NCBI RefSeq assembly: GCF_000025945.1
Contig: NC_006138.1
Span: 1,110,001 to 1,142,000 of the forward strand
Source of the DNA: Desulfotalea psychrophila LSv54
Lineage (GTDB): Bacteria; Desulfobacterota; Desulfobulbia; Desulfobulbales; Desulfocapsaceae
Direction of reading: 5' to 3'
DNA: 32,000 bases
In this document: positions 9,737 to 18,820 of the stretch, piece after piece
How positions within the stretch are numbered: position 1 is the stretch's first letter
Layout of the letters: each line of letters begins with the position of its first letter
Notes under the pieces: generated by a model
Told to the model about the DNA's origin: nothing
Database searches by the model: none
Seen by the model: the letters and a program-made list of their open reading frames with translations, nothing else
Translations under genes and position numbers: made by a program

Positions 9737-10017
9737 ATAGATCCTCCTGCAATTCTATGCTCTAAGGCAAAATTGTGTAATATACAAAAAAGTAATATCA
9801 ATGGCAAGAACAAGACCTTCTTGAAAGATATATTATATCGCCATAAAAGATAAGATTTTTCCAAGAGAGCATCGGCCTTTTCCTTAAAAGGCATATTTGA
9901 TCTAATACCGAGCTAAAAAAATTTGTTATCCTAAAGATATTTCGTATCCTTGTAAGGAGTACTCTCAAATGGAGTACCTGTCTTATCAAACTTTTTCCCA
10001 TACTATAGGAGGATATC

Positions 10018-10221
10018 ATGCTCGCAACGGATAACATTGCCTCAGCATTCCAGGCAATTTGTGAAGAGGTAGAAAAACTCAAAAAGAAAGAACACTCTAA
10101 AAAGGTGCTCAAGCGTCTCAAGACAATAATATTGATAGCAAAGCACCAGAGTGATATCCGTGGTCTAGCAAAGGAAAGTTGCTGCCATACTGAAAAAAAG
10201 CATAGCTGTAAGAAAGAGTAG
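10018..10221 (+). CDS. 67-aa lysine-rich hypothetical protein with a Cys/His-rich tail
   Basis: The ATG is preceded by tAGGAGGatatc, a strong SD at ideal spacing. The sequence is predicted helical and basic and ends ESCCHTEKKHSCKKE. The AT-rich context raises the risk of a chance ORF. Confidence 0.4.
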   Translation: MLATDNIASAFQAICEEVEKLKKKEHSKKVLKRLKTIILIAKHQSDIRGLAKESCCHTEKKHSCKKE

Positions 10222-10223
10222 GT

Positions 10224-10257
10224 AAAAAAGTAGAGAGGGTGGCTAGCCATCCTCTCT
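10224..10257. terminator. hairpin terminator between the convergent 67-aa and 92-aa genes
   Basis: An 11-bp stem, agagagggtgg (10232-10242) and ccatcctctct (10247-10257), with loop ctag. On the minus strand it is followed by TTTTTT (10224-10229), so it best fits termination of the 92-aa gene. Confidence 0.5.
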
Positions 10258-10297
10258 ATGAGAGCGGGTAGGACGGTTTTGCTTAACCTCGTCAGAT

Positions 10298-10576
10298 TTA
10301 AGACTCTAATTCTAAAACTCTCTTATCAAGTGCACTAACAAGAGAATCAAAGAGCATGTCTGTTGAAAGAATTTCATCATGGACAAAAGCCCCGAGCTCA
10401 AGCACACCATTGAGATCATCACGGCGGAAGTCTTGGCTATGATCCTGGGTATATTTTATGCTCAGTTCTGCTAAACGTTGACCTATTAAGCGAGTTTCTA
10501 TCTGCTGCTTAAGATCCTTCAAATGTGCTATCAAATCTTCTTTGGCCAAATTTTTTACTAAAGTTGTCTTGTTCAT
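10298..10576 (-). CDS. 92-aa hypothetical protein (predicted helical, acidic)
   Basis: Clean ORF with a weak RBS (aaaagg) and a downstream terminator. No recognisable family. Confidence 0.45.
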   Translation of the reverse strand: MNKTTLVKNLAKEDLIAHLKDLKQQIETRLIGQRLAELSIKYTQDHSQDFRRDDLNGVLELGAFVHDEILSTDMLFDSLVSALDKRVLELES

Positions 10577-10810
10577 TTATCAACCTTTTATTTTGCGGAT
10601 CAATTTCTAATTCTACAGGTAATATATTACCCACGATGCCTTACTCTAATCTGCACATCGAGTGGCTGTGTTGAGCAGAAGAGCTGACAGGAGGGTAGAT
10701 AAAAATATTCACATCAAACGGACAATACATAAAATAATGAATATTTACATGTTTTTATATAGGTCAGGGTGATGAGGAATTGCGGTTGCTGCCAGTCCCT
10801 TTACCTAGGA

Positions 10811-11794
10811 TTAGAGAGAAAAGAGCTCTTGGAGTGAACTCCTGTCTACCTGGTTGCTGATTGCTATTTTGAGGAGCAACAGGGCCTTGGTGCCATTAAG
10901 GGCTCCGGCAGAGATACAGCCCATATCAATGAGTTCGGCGCCACCACCCGGGTAGTCATAGATGGGGGCAACCCCACCTCGAATGCAGCGGCTTGCCAGG
11001 ACAACGGGAATGCCGGCCTGCAGTATATGCCGCACTGCCCCCACGGCAGTTGGAGGAATATTGCCTGCGCCAAAGCCTTCGATGACAAGGCCTTCTATCC
11101 CTTGGTTTAGTAGGTTGATGAGTAGTGATCCGGGCATACCGGGATAGGCGGTGACCAGGACAACATTGGCTGAAATCCCTTCTACTTTTTTGCCGATCTT
11201 ATTGGCTCTTTTGCTGATATTTTGGTTGAGAATCAGGGTGCCTGCGGCAATCCTGCCCACAGCACCCCTGCTTTGGCTGACAAAGGGGTCCACGGAGAGG
11301 GAGTCCTGTTTTATGGCATCTTGGGCTGAAAATAACCAGTCAGCCATTTGTACCAGGACATCACCGCCTGGTGGCAGGCTAGTGCAGGCAATGAGGCCAT
11401 TTTGCAGGTTGCGGATTCCATCGTAGCCAGCCTCGCCGAGGTGTCGCATTGATCCTGTTGTTATAACAGGTTTGCTGGTGGTCAGGGAGACATTGAGGAC
11501 AAAGGAGGTTTCGGCAAGCAGGTCTGTGCCATGAAGGACGACAGCACCGGAGTAGTCATTCTTTTCGAGGAGTTGGTCGATGTCGTGGGCAAGTTGGAGC
11601 ATATGTTCAGGAGTCATATGTGGGCTGGGAATATCAGCCCAGAAAATGGCCTCTACTTCAATATCGTCCCGAGGGGCAAGGCTTGCCAGGATCTGTTCAA
11701 AATTATTATCAGGAGAGACACCAAGTCCACTATCGCTTGGGCTCATGCCAATGGTTCCGCCGGTAATGAACACTGCAATTTTGTTGTTTTTCAT
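10811..11794 (-). CDS. ansA: L-asparaginase, type I (cytoplasmic AnsA-like)
   Basis: MKNNKIAVFITGGTIGMS contains the catalytic-threonine motif TGGTI, followed by the VLHGTDLLAETSF block. Length is ~327 aa from ATG 11794 (RBS aggaag). The listed longer ORF adds 38 non-homologous residues. Confidence 0.82.
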   Translation of the reverse strand: MKNNKIAVFITGGTIGMSPSDSGLGVSPDNNFEQILASLAPRDDIEVEAIFWADIPSPHMTPEHMLQLAHDIDQLLEKNDYSGAVVLHGTDLLAETSFVLNVSLTTSKPVITTGSMRHLGEAGYDGIRNLQNGLIACTSLPPGGDVLVQMADWLFSAQDAIKQDSLSVDPFVSQSRGAVGRIAAGTLILNQNISKRANKIGKKVEGISANVVLVTAYPGMPGSLLINLLNQGIEGLVIEGFGAGNIPPTAVGAVRHILQAGIPVVLASRCIRGGVAPIYDYPGGGAELIDMGCISAGALNGTKALLLLKIAISNQVDRSSLQELFSL

Positions 11795-11952
11795 GGGATC
11801 TTCCTGGGCAGGGTGGCTTGAAAAGTGGAAACTTCGACAAGGAGTAGGTTCCGACTCCGAGGCTGGCCTTATCACTGAGGATGATATTGGCTCTCCCCTT
11901 ACAGTCAAGCGAAGATATTTGCAGAAAAGGACCCTTCTGCAAGGTTTCTTGG

Positions 11953-11980
11953 AGGCGTACCACTGTCCGGTGGTACGCCT
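11953..11980 (-). terminator. perfect hairpin downstream of the SNF2 gene (no U-tract)
   Basis: aggcgtaccac / gtggtacgcct, an 11-bp perfect stem around a 6-nt loop (tgtccg), 16 nt after the stop at 11996. The absence of a T-run makes terminator function uncertain. Confidence 0.35.
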
Positions 11981-11995
11981 CTAGGCTATTGCGGT

Positions 11996-14900
11996 CTAGT
12001 CATCACTTCGGATAAGGTCCAACAGATCGTCGGAACTCATCTTGGCACTAATGTCGGTACCTTCGAGCAGGCTTCCGGCCAGGTCTCGTTTCTCCTGGTG
12101 AAGTTTAACAATCTTTTCTTCAATAGAGTTTTTGGAAACCAGACGATAAACGGTCACCGGACGTGTTTGCCCAATACGGTGGGCACGATCGGATGCCTGA
12201 TCTTCGATGGCAGGGTTCCACCATGGATCCATATGTAGGACGTAGTCGGCTGCGGTAAGGTTCAAGCCCAGTCCACCGGCCTTGAGACTGATCAGAAAGA
12301 GATCACCCTTTCCTGCCTGGAAGTCATTAACGCCTTTTTCTCGCATCTTGCTACTGGTACTACCATCAAGATATTGGTAGGAGATACCCCGTTCATCCAG
12401 ATATTCGCGGATGATGTGTAGATGGCCAATAAACTGGCTGAAGACAAGGGCCTTATGGTTGCCACCGAGAAGCTCCTCAACGACGTCACCAAAGACCTTC
12501 ATTTTGGAACTGGAGATCGAGGTGTTTTTGTCAATAAGACGAGGGTTGCAACAGGCCTGACGGAGCTTCATGATCTCTGTCAGAATCTGCAGATGTCTTC
12601 CCTTACGATCTTTATTTCCCTCAAGTATATCAAGAGCATTCTGGCGAAGAGCTTCGTAAAAATGTCTCTCCTCTTCACTCATCTGTACTTCTAAGGTGAT
12701 CTCTGTACGCGGTGGCAGTTCGTCCAGTACCTCGGATTTGATGCGACGGAGGATGAAGGGACGAATAAGCTTTTTCAGTTTCGTTCGTGCTTCACGGTCC
12801 TGATATCTCTCTATGGGAATAGCAAAATTCTCGTTAAAACTTTGTAGGGTGCCCAGAAGGCCTGGGTTAACAAAGTGAAGCAGGTTCCACAGTTCGCCCA
12901 GATGATTTTCAATGGGTGTACCGGTGGTGATGAGTTTGAATTTGGCCTTTAATCCCATCGCCGCTTTAGATCTCTTAGTGGCAGCATTCTTGATTGCCTG
13001 AGCCTCATCGAGGACAACCGTCTGCCAGTCTACCCCGGAGAGGAGTTCTGATTCCTGCTGGAGAAGGGTATAGGTGGTGATAAGGAGATCATGGCTGCCG
13101 AGATCTTCAATGGTTTTTTTGCGATCACCATGGGCAAGCACCTTAAGCTTAAGGGTAGGGGTGAATTTTTTTACCTCTGCCCTCCAGTTATTGGCAACCG
13201 ATGTCGGAGCCACAACAAGTGTGGGGCCGTTCTCAGAAAGTGTTAAGATAAGAGCAAGTGATTGCAGGGTCTTACCAAGTCCCATATCATCAGCAAGACA
13301 ACCGCCAACACCCCAGTGGGCAAGGCGGCCAAGCCAGCTAAAACCCTCTAGCTGATAATCTCTAAGTTCTGCCTGAAGGGTTGTTGGTAGCACTGGCTGA
13401 TAGTTCTGAACATCTTTTATGTCGGTGAGCTGTTTTTTCCAACCCTGATCCGCAAAAGTATTGGCATGTTCAGCCAGTTTTTCAAGGGGAAGTGCCGCAA
13501 GGGGGTGGATAAGGATCTCATTGCCATCACCTTCAATATCATCGCCAAAAACGGACATTTCCTCGAGACGTTTTTTAAACTCCTGGGTAAGAGCGATAAA
13601 TTGACCATTACCAATTTCGACAAATCTACTGGAGCCTTTTTTCAGCTTTACCAGGAGATCCTTGAGCTCTATGACGTGATCCTGGTCGATGACAATCTCT
13701 CCACTCATGGCAAACCAATTTTGCCGGTTGGTACGAATTTTGAGATTTAAATTACTTGGCGAAATTTGGTGGGCGATCGTCAGTTTTTCTCCTTCGGGCC
13801 ATTCGATGATGATTTTGTCCTGTATGGCCTGAAGCTCGGTAAGTGCCTGGAGACAATCGTCTGGATCCTGGAGATGCCATTCACGGTCGTTGTCCTGTTC
13901 GAGGTCAACAGCCAGATCAAGAATTGGACATAATTCCTCAATATCGCGGGCCTTGTGCTCTTCCTGTGATAGGTCTCTTTTGGTCTGGAGACGTTTGCCC
14001 TTTACCTCTGCCATGATATTTTCTACACCTTGGCCAGGTTTGAGGTAATGATCTCCGTCTTTGAAAGGTTTAACAAACATCTCAAGGCGAAATCCGGAGC
14101 CGTATGGGATGAGGTGCATATAGATGCTGGAGTCTGCTTCCACAATGGTAACATTATGATTGTGTTGGCTTATATCAGCAGCAATAGCGGAGTGGACGGT
14201 CATAAAAGAGGAGATATTGCCGATGGCAGTGAGTACCTGATCACTTGCTGACAGGGGCACAGTCATTCCATCCTTGCCGGTAATCTGACCAATTCTCCTG
14301 TGATTCTCATTGATGGCGATGACCTTAACCCGGGTCGGGGTTTCAAAATGATAATTGACGTTATCACTTGAAACGGGCTGAGCAAAGCGGATGTGGAGGT
14401 TTTCACCTCGTTCCTCTACTAATAGTTCTGGCTCACCTTCAACAAATTCAACAGGAGTTGTGGGTGAATTTGCTAGAAAGAGGTGGGGGTGACTCACCAA
14501 GGCAAGTAATGTCTTATCCCGATCAAGAGAGTAGCTTGTACTATGGGTTTCGGGATTGTAGTTTTTCTTAATGGTTGCGCAGATCTTTCTGTCCTGAGGG
14601 GTGAGATAGGTCAGCTTGGTATTTTGGTAGAGGCGACTCAGGGACATCGGCCGTCCCTTGCTCCAATGACCGGAACTGGTCAGCTTTTGTTCTCTTGGCG
14701 TAAGAGAGATCTCTTTGCCATCTTTTTTCTTTTTCTCACCGGTCGCGACCATCCAGGCAAGGCGTATTTCCTGGCTCGGGTCATTGGCGTTTGCGGTAAC
14801 TGTGGCAGAGATTAATGCCTGAAGGCTTCGACGCCATGGCTCTTCTGCCTTGAGCAGAGGAAGAAGCTTGGGTAATTGTCCGACAGTCTCTAATTGATTT

Positions 14901-16195
14901 ACAGTTTCTTCAGCTAATTCTTTACCCTCTTCGACGTCTGCCTTTGTTTCGGTAAGTATTTCTCTGAGAACGATGCTGAAAAAATTATATTCGCTTAGAG
15001 TAGCCTTGTCATGGAGATTTCTTAGTTCCTGTTCAAGTTCTGGCGAAATTGTACTGTTAAGCCAGTATTGACAGAGGCCAGCAAAGACAAGGGTTAGAGC
15101 CGTGGGGTCAGATTCGTCTGAGATAGCAACTTCATCATCTTGATTATGATTATTGAGATGAGAGTTGAGAACTGTTGCCAGAAAATTGTAGGAATCTGTT
15201 TCTGCAGAGCCAGCAAAGAGACTGAGGGCCGTGCCAATCTGGGAGGCCGTTTCTGTAAAGCCTTCCTTGCCCTTAGCGCTCAGGAGGCAGAGAATGTGGA
15301 AAAGGCCAAAGGGACCAAAAATTGCCGCCTGCTCACTGCCGCTAAGTTTACGTAAAAATTGCAGGTCATTTTCAAATGCCTGCAGAGCCTCGTCGGTTTT
15401 TCCCTGAAGGAAGAGGGCTGAACCAAGGGCACCGGTTCCCTGAAAAGAATCGGTATGGTCGGCAACAAGTAGCTCTGCCTCTTCTGATCTTGCCTGCATA
15501 AGGAGCTGGGTGGCGAGGAGTCTGCGAAAGGGAATTTTCTCGTCATCGGTGAGGTGCTCAAGCTCTTCACTGCTGCTTATGAAATTGTGGATCTCGGGAT
15601 AGTCACTGAGACTTGCCTGGGCATATTGCAGAACTGTACTGAGTAGATAAAATTGGAAAGATGCGGGAATTCCCCGGAACCAATCGGCATCAAATGGGTG
15701 TGCTATGACTCGTACAGTTGGTGGCTCTGCCGGGACAATTTCTTTGCATTGGGTGGAGAGAAACTCTGAGGCCTCATCGATAAGATCAAAGTCTTGAGTA
15801 TAGATACCAATTCTCATCTCGCGTAAAGCACGCCAACACCTTGTTGACCATTTACCATAGTAATAGGAAACTGGTGCCTCTTCACGAATTGTCTTGGCAT
15901 AGAGGTCAAAGACATCTTCAGCAATACACATTTTGCTCAGTGTCTCTACCATTTCAGCAACACATTGTCTCTCCGCTGTGATAAGACCAAATTCCTCAAA
16001 CTTATTGAAATAATGATTTAAATTGGCCGCAGTGGGTTTGCTGCCGCGAGCATTTTTCAGCTCAAGCTTGCGCAGACAATTAACTATCAGTGTGGTATGA
16101 GCGGGCTCATAGACAATAGAGAGGAACTTTAAAAGAGATTGTTCAAAGCTGGAAAGCTTGTCGTATTGGGCAAATAAATCGGTTTGAGTTGACAT
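11996..16195 (-). CDS. SNF2/SWI2 family ATPase-helicase with a ~900-aa N-terminal region of unknown function
   Basis: 1399 aa. The C-terminal third carries LRDYQLEGFSWL, LADDMGLGKT (motif I), VLDEAQAIKN (motif II), TGTPIEN, the helicase-C blocks FLISLKAGGLGLNLT and QASDRAHRIGQTRPVTVYRL. Confidence 0.9.
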   Translation of the reverse strand: MSTQTDLFAQYDKLSSFEQSLLKFLSIVYEPAHTTLIVNCLRKLELKNARGSKPTAANLNHYFNKFEEFGLITAERQCVAEMVETLSKMCIAEDVFDLYAKTIREEAPVSYYYGKWSTRCWRALREMRIGIYTQDFDLIDEASEFLSTQCKEIVPAEPPTVRVIAHPFDADWFRGIPASFQFYLLSTVLQYAQASLSDYPEIHNFISSSEELEHLTDDEKIPFRRLLATQLLMQARSEEAELLVADHTDSFQGTGALGSALFLQGKTDEALQAFENDLQFLRKLSGSEQAAIFGPFGLFHILCLLSAKGKEGFTETASQIGTALSLFAGSAETDSYNFLATVLNSHLNNHNQDDEVAISDESDPTALTLVFAGLCQYWLNSTISPELEQELRNLHDKATLSEYNFFSIVLREILTETKADVEEGKELAEETVNQLETVGQLPKLLPLLKAEEPWRRSLQALISATVTANANDPSQEIRLAWMVATGEKKKKDGKEISLTPREQKLTSSGHWSKGRPMSLSRLYQNTKLTYLTPQDRKICATIKKNYNPETHSTSYSLDRDKTLLALVSHPHLFLANSPTTPVEFVEGEPELLVEERGENLHIRFAQPVSSDNVNYHFETPTRVKVIAINENHRRIGQITGKDGMTVPLSASDQVLTAIGNISSFMTVHSAIAADISQHNHNVTIVEADSSIYMHLIPYGSGFRLEMFVKPFKDGDHYLKPGQGVENIMAEVKGKRLQTKRDLSQEEHKARDIEELCPILDLAVDLEQDNDREWHLQDPDDCLQALTELQAIQDKIIIEWPEGEKLTIAHQISPSNLNLKIRTNRQNWFAMSGEIVIDQDHVIELKDLLVKLKKGSSRFVEIGNGQFIALTQEFKKRLEEMSVFGDDIEGDGNEILIHPLAALPLEKLAEHANTFADQGWKKQLTDIKDVQNYQPVLPTTLQAELRDYQLEGFSWLGRLAHWGVGGCLADDMGLGKTLQSLALILTLSENGPTLVVAPTSVANNWRAEVKKFTPTLKLKVLAHGDRKKTIEDLGSHDLLITTYTLLQQESELLSGVDWQTVVLDEAQAIKNAATKRSKAAMGLKAKFKLITTGTPIENHLGELWNLLHFVNPGLLGTLQSFNENFAIPIERYQDREARTKLKKLIRPFILRRIKSEVLDELPPRTEITLEVQMSEEERHFYEALRQNALDILEGNKDRKGRHLQILTEIMKLRQACCNPRLIDKNTSISSSKMKVFGDVVEELLGGNHKALVFSQFIGHLHIIREYLDERGISYQYLDGSTSSKMREKGVNDFQAGKGDLFLISLKAGGLGLNLTAADYVLHMDPWWNPAIEDQASDRAHRIGQTRPVTVYRLVSKNSIEEKIVKLHQEKRDLAGSLLEGTDISAKMSSDDLLDLIRSDD

Positions 16196-16413
16196 AATGT
16201 GTGATTCTGTCCGTGTCTTGAATGCTTGATCGTTGGCTTAAGAAAGGTCTCAAATAGTAAAGACAATAAAAAATTAAAGCCCCCCCCGCCTTGATAACGA
16301 ATCAAAATCGAACAATGCTTGGCTTTTCACGGAGACTTTTCAGCTTTAGGCTTGTGTTACTTTGTAGTTACTACAAAGGGAATTTTGCTTTTGTGGAAGA
16401 TGAGGTGTGAAAC

Positions 16414-16442
16414 AGCCAAGTCGCCTCAATGGCGGCTTGGCT
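16414..16442 (-). terminator. stem-loop terminator after ppiD
   Basis: agccaagtcgcc / ggcggcttggct, a 12-bp stem with one G-U pair and loop tcaat, beginning 10 nt after the stop at 16452. Only a short T-stretch (gtttc) follows on the minus strand. Confidence 0.45.
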
Positions 16443-16451
16443 ATTATTCTT

Positions 16452-18344
16452 TTACAGGCTCTGGTTACGTTCAATCTGTGCATTTTTTTGCTGAAAGATA
16501 AGCCATGCAGAGAGAAGCATCTGTTGCTTGTTGTTTAATATACCAGAAATATAACGTTCTTTTTCTGGGGCGGTCAAAGATGCACTAGGGGTGTTGCGTC
16601 CTATGTAGGAGTAGACGTAGTAGCTACCGTCTGCCTGGCCAATGGTATCAGGACTTGTTTTTTGTGGTGAAAGAAGAAAAATTTGTTCCAAAAGGGTCTG
16701 GGGAAACGTTCCACTATCACCTTGGCGAAGGAGGAAGTCTGTTTTTTCAGTTTGAACTCCTGTCTGCTCAGCGAGGGTGGTAAATGTTTCTTTACCCTCA
16801 TGCAGTCCCTTGAGAAATTCTTCGGCCTTTTTCTTGGCAAGTTCATTGGCAAGATAGTTACGATAATCCTCTGTTGCTCTGTCTCTTACTTTGGCAAGTG
16901 TCGGTGTTGCCGGCGTATTTATGTCATCAACATAGATAACCGCATATCCTGAATCTGTTTGCAATAGAGAGCTGAGCTCTTTTTTGCCCAAGGCAAAGGC
17001 CTTTTCTAAGAAGAGCTTATTGTCCTTGAGATTGGCGGGAGGATTTTGTTGGGAGAAATAGTCTGTTGTGATTGCAGGCGTCTCGGGATGTTTCTTTGTA
17101 TATGCTTGCAAATTGCCTGCCCCGATAATTCCTTCGTAGGCATTATTGGCAAGTTGGAAGGCAAGTGCCTTGGCCTGATCCTGTTGAAGAGATAGGGCAA
17201 TCTGCTCCCGCACCTTGTCAAGGGATTTGGTTTTGGCCTCTTGGATACCTTCAAGCTTAATAATATGGTAACCAAAGTTGGTTTTTACAATACCGCTTAT
17301 GTCACCATTTTTTAGGGTAAAGACAGCATCTGCAAAGGGAGGAATCATTTCAGCGCGGGCAAAAAATCCCAGGTCTCCGCCTTCGCTCTTGCTTGGCCCT
17401 TCAGAAAATTGCCTGGCTAGTTGGGCGAAATCTTCGTCTGCCTGAGCCTTTTTCAGGACGTTCTCAGCCTTTTTTAGCTGTGCCTGTTGTTTCTCGTCGC
17501 TATCTCCTGGAGAGACCACAAAGAGAATGTGACGGGCGTGACGTTTCTCTGCTAAGCGAAATGTGTTTAAGTGTGACTGGTAGTAATTATTGATTGCCGC
17601 CTCATCAAGAGATATTTTCTCTTGGATTGTGGCATAATCATAGGCGAGGTAGGTGAGTTTGACCTCTGGACTTTTTTTGTAATTATCCTTTGCCTCTTTA
17701 AACCACTGAGCAAGTGCTGGTTCTTCAACGCTTACCTGTGAACTAAAGTCTTTTGGAGAAAAGCTGGCAAAATCGACGGAAACGCCTTCGTTGGCCTGAC
17801 CGTAAAATTCTTCTATTTCAAAATCTGAAGCATGGGCACTGAACTCATTGATTGCCCTAGCTGTTTTCTCGGCGAGCATATCGTGACGAATATTTGCTTC
17901 AAATTTGCTTGGGCTGAGTCTATTAGCAGCAAGGATTGAGTTGTAGGACTTGACGTCAAAGGCACCATCTTTGTGGAACTGAGGCATAGCCTGGATAGCA
18001 TGTTGGATCTCTACAGCGCTAAGCTGTACACCCATCTGTTTACCACCCTGGCGCAATAATTCCTGTTGAACCAATCGATTCACAACCTGATCTTTCAGAC
18101 CCAGAGCATCGGCCATTCCCTTTGGAACTTTGCCGCCAAATTGGTCGCTGAGCTGTTGGAAGGCCTGGTCGTATGCTTGTTGGAATTGCTGAAGGCTAAT
18201 TTCTTCACCATTGACAACAATTGCCGCTTCCGACTTGTTCATCATATTGGCACCAACTCCCCAAAAGATAAAAACAAGAGCAATGACAACAACGATGATT
18301 TGGATGAATATCGATTGTGCTTTGTTCCGAAATATCTGAAGCAT
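16452..18344 (-). CDS. ppiD: periplasmic chaperone / peptidyl-prolyl isomerase PpiD
   Basis: N-terminal anchor MLQIFRNKAQSIFIQIIVVVIALVFIFWG, a SurA-N-like region, and a parvulin rotamase block (ARHILF...GGDLGFF...F...GYHIIKLE). About 630 aa, like PpiD. ATG 18344 is preferred over the listed TTG at 18356. Confidence 0.85.
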   Translation of the reverse strand: MLQIFRNKAQSIFIQIIVVVIALVFIFWGVGANMMNKSEAAIVVNGEEISLQQFQQAYDQAFQQLSDQFGGKVPKGMADALGLKDQVVNRLVQQELLRQGGKQMGVQLSAVEIQHAIQAMPQFHKDGAFDVKSYNSILAANRLSPSKFEANIRHDMLAEKTARAINEFSAHASDFEIEEFYGQANEGVSVDFASFSPKDFSSQVSVEEPALAQWFKEAKDNYKKSPEVKLTYLAYDYATIQEKISLDEAAINNYYQSHLNTFRLAEKRHARHILFVVSPGDSDEKQQAQLKKAENVLKKAQADEDFAQLARQFSEGPSKSEGGDLGFFARAEMIPPFADAVFTLKNGDISGIVKTNFGYHIIKLEGIQEAKTKSLDKVREQIALSLQQDQAKALAFQLANNAYEGIIGAGNLQAYTKKHPETPAITTDYFSQQNPPANLKDNKLFLEKAFALGKKELSSLLQTDSGYAVIYVDDINTPATPTLAKVRDRATEDYRNYLANELAKKKAEEFLKGLHEGKETFTTLAEQTGVQTEKTDFLLRQGDSGTFPQTLLEQIFLLSPQKTSPDTIGQADGSYYVYSYIGRNTPSASLTAPEKERYISGILNNKQQMLLSAWLIFQQKNAQIERNQSL

Positions 18345-18791
18345 AGTTCTACACAAAATTATGGTTAGTGAAAAAATAAGAAGAACACATCCCTCTACTG
18401 TCTCGTGTTCTCAGCCTCAAGTAAAAGTAAGCAAGCTACTATTAATGGCATAAATTATATGAAAAAAGCCAACGGATGAACTTACACATTCTTTTGCCTC
18501 TTCGCAAGAAAAAAGGTTTATTTTCCTATGGAAAGGGCCATAAAGATTCTCCCGTAATGCGTTAGGTTGAGAAGGGGGAGGTCTTTTGAATTTGATGAGA
18601 TTTGCTGCTAGAAGGGCGTTTTCTCTGCTCGTTACGGGGTTTTGCCCCGGGTGAGATTGCCTGCTGAGCTTTTTTTGAGAAGGAGGGCTTATCTTAAGTT
18701 GTGGAGAATAGGCGAAAATGGAATGGCCCCCTCCATATCAATTATTTTTAAAAACAGACGAATTTCTCTTATGTAAAAAAATCGCATTTTC

Positions 18792-18820
18792 TTGACAAAG
18801 AAAATGCACTATAGTAATAA
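18792..18820 (+). promoter_or_regulatory. candidate sigma70-type promoter for dsrC
   Basis: TTGACA (18792-18797), a 17-nt spacer, then TAATAA (18815-18820), about 75 nt upstream of the dsrC ATG. Pattern match only. Confidence 0.45.

Noticed and set aside
9554-10250. Listed ORFs 9554-9853 (+, 99 aa), 9664-9894 (-, 76 aa) and 9798-10250 (-, 150 aa) in the AT-rich islet.
   Set aside because: They have no SD sequences and their translations are Phe/Leu/Ser/Cys-rich, as expected from AT-rich DNA. They overlap the two RBS-supported small genes and the divergent promoter region. The 150-aa ORF would also run through the 10232-10257 terminator hairpin.
11996-16195. The SNF2 gene as part of a phage-defence system (DISARM, Zorya or BREX-like).
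   Set aside because: No methyltransferase, PLD/nuclease, DUF1998, ZorA/B-like or other partner genes are adjacent. The flanks are ppiD and ansA, with ordinary composition. A stand-alone role seems more likely, so I kept it only as a domain-novelty finding.
16319-16501. The 60-aa plus-strand ORF, or a possible small RNA, in the ppiD-SNF2 intergenic region (hairpins at 16360-16378 and 16414-16442 followed by T-rich sequence).
   Set aside because: The ORF starts with TTG, has no SD and overlaps the ppiD 3' end. The second hairpin is adequately explained as the ppiD terminator. There is no independent evidence for a plus-strand transcript.
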